Of a DNA stretch of 49,891 bases, positions 45,841 through 49,891 are shown piece after piece; the first letter of the stretch is position 1; each line of letters opens with the position of its first letter. Where the stretch lies: NCBI GenBank assembly GCA_030589605.1, contig JAUUVJ010000001.1, positions 1 through 49,891 of the forward strand, in the 5' to 3' direction. This stretch comes from Candidatus Hodarchaeota archaeon. GTDB taxonomy: Archaea > Asgardarchaeota > Heimdallarchaeia > Hodarchaeales > Hodarchaeaceae. The translations under genes were made by a program, and so were the position numbers. The notes beneath the pieces are model-generated. The model was given only the letters and a program-made list of their open reading frames with translations. It was not told where the DNA came from and did not search any database.

Positions 45841-46932
45841 TTATTCCTGAAAATTCTTTTGTACATACTTGACGATTTTCGATGCTGAAGTACCATCACC
45901 GAAAGGATTTGACCAATTAATTTCCTTATGGAGCATAATATTTATTGATTCAAGGATTGATTGGTGTCTAATTCCCGCTATTATATTAGCTCCAACATCT
46001 ACGGTTTCAGGTCGTTCTGTATTTTCTCTAACCGTTACACAAGGAGTATTTAAGATACATGCTTCCTCTTGAAGCCCTCCAGAGTCTGTGATGATTAAGG
46101 AGGCATTTTTCTGAAGAGCGAGAAATTCTAAGTATCCCAAAGGTTTGATTACACGAATTTTGTTGCTTAGTTTTATACTATATTTCTCTAACATGGAAAC
46201 GGTTCTTGGATGTAGAGGTGCTATAATATCGTACCCAAATTTCTTTCCAGCCTCACAAATTGCATTAAAAATCTCTCCAAGAATTTTTTTATCATCTACA
46301 TTTTCTTGTCTATGTATAGTTGTAATAAAGTACTTATTTTTCTCAACTCCTATCGTAGATAAAATTTCATTTCGCATAAGGCCTTGATTTCTTAGTACTG
46401 CATCAACAACTGTATTTCCTGTTATTAATATCTTAGAAGGGGCAATTCCTTCTTGTAAAAGGATTTTTTCTTGAGTTTGTGTTGGGACAAAACATATATC
46501 TGATATATGGTCGGTCATAATTCGATTAATCTCCTCAGGCATTTTCCGATCATGACTTCGTAATCCTGCTTCAATGTGAGCTACTGGAATATGAAGTTTT
46601 GAAGCGGATAATGCCCCTGCTAATGTGGTATTTGTATCACCTTGAACTAACACAACTGAGGTTTTTTCTTTTAAAAAGATTTGTTCTATCCTCTGAAGCA
46701 TCTTCCCTGTTTGCTCACCATGAGTACCAGAGCCGACGTCTAAAGAAAAATGAGGTGGTGGAAGCTTTAATTGTTTAAAAAAGATAGAATCAAGTTCAGC
46801 GGAGTAATGCTGATTGGAATGAATTACATAATGTTCAATATCTCTCTCTATCAAATATGATATTACTGGGCTCATTTTAATTATTTCGGGTCTTGTCCCT
46901 AGTACTATTCCTATTGGATCCATTTTCATCAC
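45841..46932 (-). CDS. wecB: UDP-N-acetylglucosamine 2-epimerase (non-hydrolysing)
   Basis: Motifs GTRPEIIKMSPV, VQGDTNTTLAGAL, HIEAGLRS and TDSGGLQEEA are present. Confidence 0.9.
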   Translation of the reverse strand: MMKMDPIGIVLGTRPEIIKMSPVISYLIERDIEHYVIHSNQHYSAELDSIFFKQLKLPPPHFSLDVGSGTHGEQTGKMLQRIEQIFLKEKTSVVLVQGDTNTTLAGALSASKLHIPVAHIEAGLRSHDRKMPEEINRIMTDHISDICFVPTQTQEKILLQEGIAPSKILITGNTVVDAVLRNQGLMRNEILSTIGVEKNKYFITTIHRQENVDDKKILGEIFNAICEAGKKFGYDIIAPLHPRTVSMLEKYSIKLSNKIRVIKPLGYLEFLALQKNASLIITDSGGLQEEACILNTPCVTVRENTERPETVDVGANIIAGIRHQSILESINIMLHKEINWSNPFGDGTSASKIVKYVQKNFQE

Positions 46933-46957
46933 TATTTTTATAACCTTAAATAGAGAT

Positions 46958-48172
46958 CTAGAATTGAATAATTTCAGGCATTCTCATTACCTTTACTATT
47001 GATTCATAATTTTTTTGGAGTTGATGTTTTATGACTGAATGTGAAACAAGAATAATCAGCATATCCATATCCTTTGCCTCCTCCAGAAGTGAAAATGATT
47101 TTAAATTGTCCGTTAAAGGATCAATAAATTTTATTCTAATTTCAGGGTTTTTTTCTTCTATAATTTTAACTACTTCTAAGGCTGGACTTTCTCTCTTATC
47201 ATTAACGTCTGGTTTGTAAGATTTTCCAACAATAAGAATATTTTTTGAGGAAATTTTCTTTATATGATTTAAAATTTGATTTGCTGTGAACTCAGGCATG
47301 AAATTATTTACTTTTCTAGCGGTTGGAATCATTTTACTCACATTAGGAGATGATTTCCACAGGAACCATGGGTCAATTGCGATGCAATGACCACCTACAC
47401 CAATTCCTGGATTCAGAATATTCACTCGTGGATGAAAATTTGCTAATTTAATAACATCTTTTACATTAATATTCAAATTATCAAATATTAGTTTTAATTC
47501 GTTGGCGTAGGCTATATTAATATCACGATAAGTGTTTTCAGCCAGTTTGACGCTTTCTGCTGTCACATCATCCGTTAAATGTATTTTTCCCTTAGAGAAA
47601 GATCCATAGATTTCGCTAGCTAATTTTGTTGCATCTTTAGTTACCCCACCTATGATTCTATCGTTATTGGTGAATTCAAATAATAGATTCCCTGGAAATG
47701 CTCTTTCTGGACAATGAGCGATCAAGATTTTTCCTAGAGTATTATATTTAGTCTCACGTTCTATTCTTTTCTTTACAATGTTTCTACAAGTAAGGGGAGG
47801 AATAGTTGATTCTAATATCACCAGATTTCCTTCCCTTAAAAGGGGAATGATTGTAGATAATGCGCTTTCTATGAAACTCAGATCTGCTGCTTTGGTTTTT
47901 TTTTCCAGAGGTGTTGGTACAGCAATAATGTAAACATCAGATAATTCAGGGTTTGATGAAAATCTCAATCGTGAAGTTTGGTAAACTTTTTGATAAAGTT
48001 CATCCATTCCCTTTTCTTCAAGCGTACAAATCCCATTACTTAATTTTTGTATTTTTTCGTTGTTAATATCAACTCCTAAAACGTCGTGGCCTGCTTGTGC
48101 AAGCAAAACCGCTAATGGAAGACCTATATACCCTGCGGATCCTATAACACATATTTTTTTCTTTTTAATCAT
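46958..48172 (-). CDS. wecC: UDP-N-acetyl-D-mannosamine dehydrogenase
   Basis: Motifs GSAGYIGLPLAVLLA, PGIGVGGHCIAIDP and GKSYKPDVNDKRESP are present. It lies immediately upstream of wecB in the same operon. Confidence 0.85.
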   Translation of the reverse strand: MIKKKKICVIGSAGYIGLPLAVLLAQAGHDVLGVDINNEKIQKLSNGICTLEEKGMDELYQKVYQTSRLRFSSNPELSDVYIIAVPTPLEKKTKAADLSFIESALSTIIPLLREGNLVILESTIPPLTCRNIVKKRIERETKYNTLGKILIAHCPERAFPGNLLFEFTNNDRIIGGVTKDATKLASEIYGSFSKGKIHLTDDVTAESVKLAENTYRDINIAYANELKLIFDNLNINVKDVIKLANFHPRVNILNPGIGVGGHCIAIDPWFLWKSSPNVSKMIPTARKVNNFMPEFTANQILNHIKKISSKNILIVGKSYKPDVNDKRESPALEVVKIIEEKNPEIRIKFIDPLTDNLKSFSLLEEAKDMDMLIILVSHSVIKHQLQKNYESIVKVMRMPEIIQF

Positions 48173-48199
48173 TTTTTGGTAATTCCCTTGAGATTTTGT

Positions 48200-49444
48200 T
48201 CAATTCCTTGAAATCCTCTTCCGAAGAACATTCTCAATGTTTTCATAGAGAGAATTTAAATTTTTAGAATCAGTTTCCCAATTATTATCTCCTTCAATAA
48301 CAGATTTTTCAGCATTTACACCATATTGCTTTCTCATAACAGGATTGTTATATAAAATTGCTATTTTTTTAGCTAATGAGATGGGGTTGTTTGATTCAAA
48401 TACTAAGCCTGCTCTGTAGTGGTTTACAACCCTTTTTAATGGCCGACAAGAGCTTACTAACACTGGTTTCTTAGCTAGCATGAATTGGGAAAGTTTATGA
48501 GGAATAGTATGATCAGTGTGCTCATCAAAGTTGTGGGGGATTATTCCAACATCACACGCTCCGACAAGAGGAGGTACGTTTTGGAACATAATATATCCAG
48601 GCATTGACACGTTATAACTAATATTATAGTATTCTATTATACTTTGAAGCTGTCGTGTAATATAAAATGAGCCTTTTCCAATAATTAGCAATAATATTTC
48701 GGGAATTCTCGATTTAAGCAACGCAACAGCGTGAATTGCCGTATCGATTCCTCTATGAATCCCAAAACCTCCTACATAAACAATAATGAATCGATTTTTC
48801 ATAAAATCCCAATTTTTTGAATTAATAGGTAAGGGGTTTCTGAATATCGAATTTTTTGATTCGGTATTGGACACAACTACAATTTTTTCTGGAGGAACTG
48901 AATAACGTTCAATAATTCTATTTTTTGACTCTTCAACAACTGTAATTACCTTTGTCGCTAATGTAGTTGATTCTCTCTCAAATTGTTCCCATCTTCTTTT
49001 ATTATATAAGATTGATTTAAAGATGAAATTATTCTTGAGGAGTGAACTTCTAGCCCATATTTGCAGTGCTGGAGGGAAAGACTCGTGTAAATCAGCTATT
49101 ACTGGAATTTTACCTTTAGAAGCAATTATTGCTGTTTTTACTAAAGGTAAATCATGAATATGAATTACATTGATTGAATATTTCTGTATTAGCCAATATA
49201 TCCCCTTCAACCAGAATGGATGAATATTCACAAAATAATTTGTAAGAAATCCTCGCAAACGATTAATTAAAGTCATTTTCCTACGGATTATTGTACCATA
49301 TTTTCCTGTTTCGATCGTCGGAAAACCTTTCTTTGGTTTACATAAAATGAATACTTCATGTCCAGCCTTTATCAGACTTAAAACTTCTTTTTCCACCCGT
49401 ATATCGGGAGGAAATCTCTGTTCTAATACCATTCCAATTCTCAT
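48200..49444 (-). CDS. GT-B glycosyltransferase, GT4-like
   Basis: 414 aa. The N-domain block is IHIHDLPL, and the C-domain has YVGGFGIHRGID and the ...HKLSQFMLAKKPVLVS pattern. Confidence 0.75.
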   Translation of the reverse strand: MRIGMVLEQRFPPDIRVEKEVLSLIKAGHEVFILCKPKKGFPTIETGKYGTIIRRKMTLINRLRGFLTNYFVNIHPFWLKGIYWLIQKYSINVIHIHDLPLVKTAIIASKGKIPVIADLHESFPPALQIWARSSLLKNNFIFKSILYNKRRWEQFERESTTLATKVITVVEESKNRIIERYSVPPEKIVVVSNTESKNSIFRNPLPINSKNWDFMKNRFIIVYVGGFGIHRGIDTAIHAVALLKSRIPEILLLIIGKGSFYITRQLQSIIEYYNISYNVSMPGYIMFQNVPPLVGACDVGIIPHNFDEHTDHTIPHKLSQFMLAKKPVLVSSCRPLKRVVNHYRAGLVFESNNPISLAKKIAILYNNPVMRKQYGVNAEKSVIEGDNNWETDSKNLNSLYENIENVLRKRISRN

Positions 49445-49483
49445 ACAAATTATTCCATTATTTTAACGATTAATGATCCTGTA

Positions 49484-49891
49484 TTATTTGAAATGAAGAA
49501 AAAATCGCCAACCAAAGTAACTACGGACACTTTTATCTTTCAATTTCCATTTATTCTTTCGAGCTTGTCGGTAACCTTTCCATATTTTTAATCCTCCCTT
49601 TCTGGCTAATACTACTTTCATTAATAGTAATATTGGATTATAGCCAAAATGATATGTTAATCTCCCATTCCTAACTAAGTCTTTCTTTACTACTCTTGTA
49701 GTCGGTCTTTCTGTATAGAAAAATGTTTCATCTATCTGGGGTGTTTTTAATCCTCTTAATTTAGCTTTTGTATTAATCCATGTATCCCAAGTTATTTCAG
49801 GAAATAGCTCAGGGTTAATACTCTTTAATAATGAGGTTCTAATTACTTTTCCTGTCCCTCGTGCTTCTTTTCTTCCGATTTTAGCTCCAAT
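49484..49891 (-). CDS. Partial CDS (C-terminal 135 aa; N-terminus beyond the window), GT2-like glycosyltransferase C-terminus
   Basis: This ORF is not in the supplied track. My reverse-strand translation is open from 49891 to the TAA at 49484-49486 (IGAKIGRKEARGTGKVIRTSLLKSINPELFPEITWDTWINTKAKLRGLK...). The pattern resembles the distal part of GT2 catalytic domains. Confidence 0.4.
   Translation of the reverse strand: MGAKIGRKEARGTGKVIRTSLLKSINPELFPEITWDTWINTKAKLRGLKTPQIDETFFYTERPTTRVVKKDLVRNGRLTYHFGYNPILLLMKVVLARKGGLKIWKGYRQARKNKWKLKDKSVRSYFGWRFFLHFK

Noticed and set aside
1-49891. Searched by eye for CRISPR arrays, rRNA, integrase or transposase genes, toxin-antitoxin pairs and known defence-system signatures.
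   Set aside because: I found no regularly spaced repeats and no rRNA-like conserved blocks. I also found no full-length recombinase, nuclease or ATPase genes. The only mobile-element traces are the short transposase-like N-terminus at 14956-15130 and the ParB-like relic at 17921-18394.

Overview
This AT-rich window (about one-third G+C by eye) is almost entirely a surface-glycan biosynthesis island. The host is a prokaryote, most likely an archaeon. That guess rests on GT-C/dolichol-type enzymes, an MJ1255-like glycosyltransferase, long AT-rich spacers with TATA-like boxes and GGTGAT-type ribosome-binding sites, and it cannot be proven from this window. I found no rRNA, tRNA, CRISPR array or intact mobile element.

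Gene content, left to right:
(1) 303-3027: UDP-GlcA epimerase and UDP-glucose dehydrogenase, divergently arranged.
(2) 3091-6050: a nucleotidyltransferase fused to a ribbon-helix-helix domain, a decayed nucleotidyltransferase fragment, and a GT2 followed by two half-size EamA membrane proteins (ArnC/ArnE/ArnF-like).
(3) 6597-9925: a GDP-mannose-derived deoxyhexose module (gmd, fcl/colC-like, ColD/E1-type 3-dehydratase). gmd carries an in-frame TAA.
(4) 9944-17848: two paralogous UDP-HexNAc dehydrogenase genes (one with an in-frame TAA), an MJ1255-like glycosyltransferase plus a truncated copy, an organophosphate MFS transporter and two LicC-like nucleotidyltransferases.
(5) 17921-19891: a ParB-like relic, a methyltransferase and a second GT2.
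(6) 19925-31051: a full pseudaminic-acid-type nonulosonic acid pathway (pseB, C, H, G, I and a cytidylyltransferase) interleaved with tailoring enzymes.
(7) 31276-40083: a DUF4910-like/AAC(3)-like pair, two N-acetyl-sugar amidotransferases with HisH/HisF partners, a GNAT and a second pseB paralogue.
(8) 40178-49891: an orphan GT-B protein with sialyltransferase-like motifs, a Wzx flippase, a GT-C membrane glycosyltransferase, wecB-wecC, a GT4 and a partial GT2-like gene.

The points I rate most worth follow-up:
- the uncharacterised accessory genes inside the nonulosonic acid locus;
- the putative lipid-phosphate-sugar flippase pair;
- a GC-rich, probably structured RNA element upstream of pseI;
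- clear signs of mosaic decay and rearrangement: nonsense codons, gene fragments and a transposase-like N-terminus fused to an enzyme.

All functional calls come from motif recognition by eye. No database search was run.
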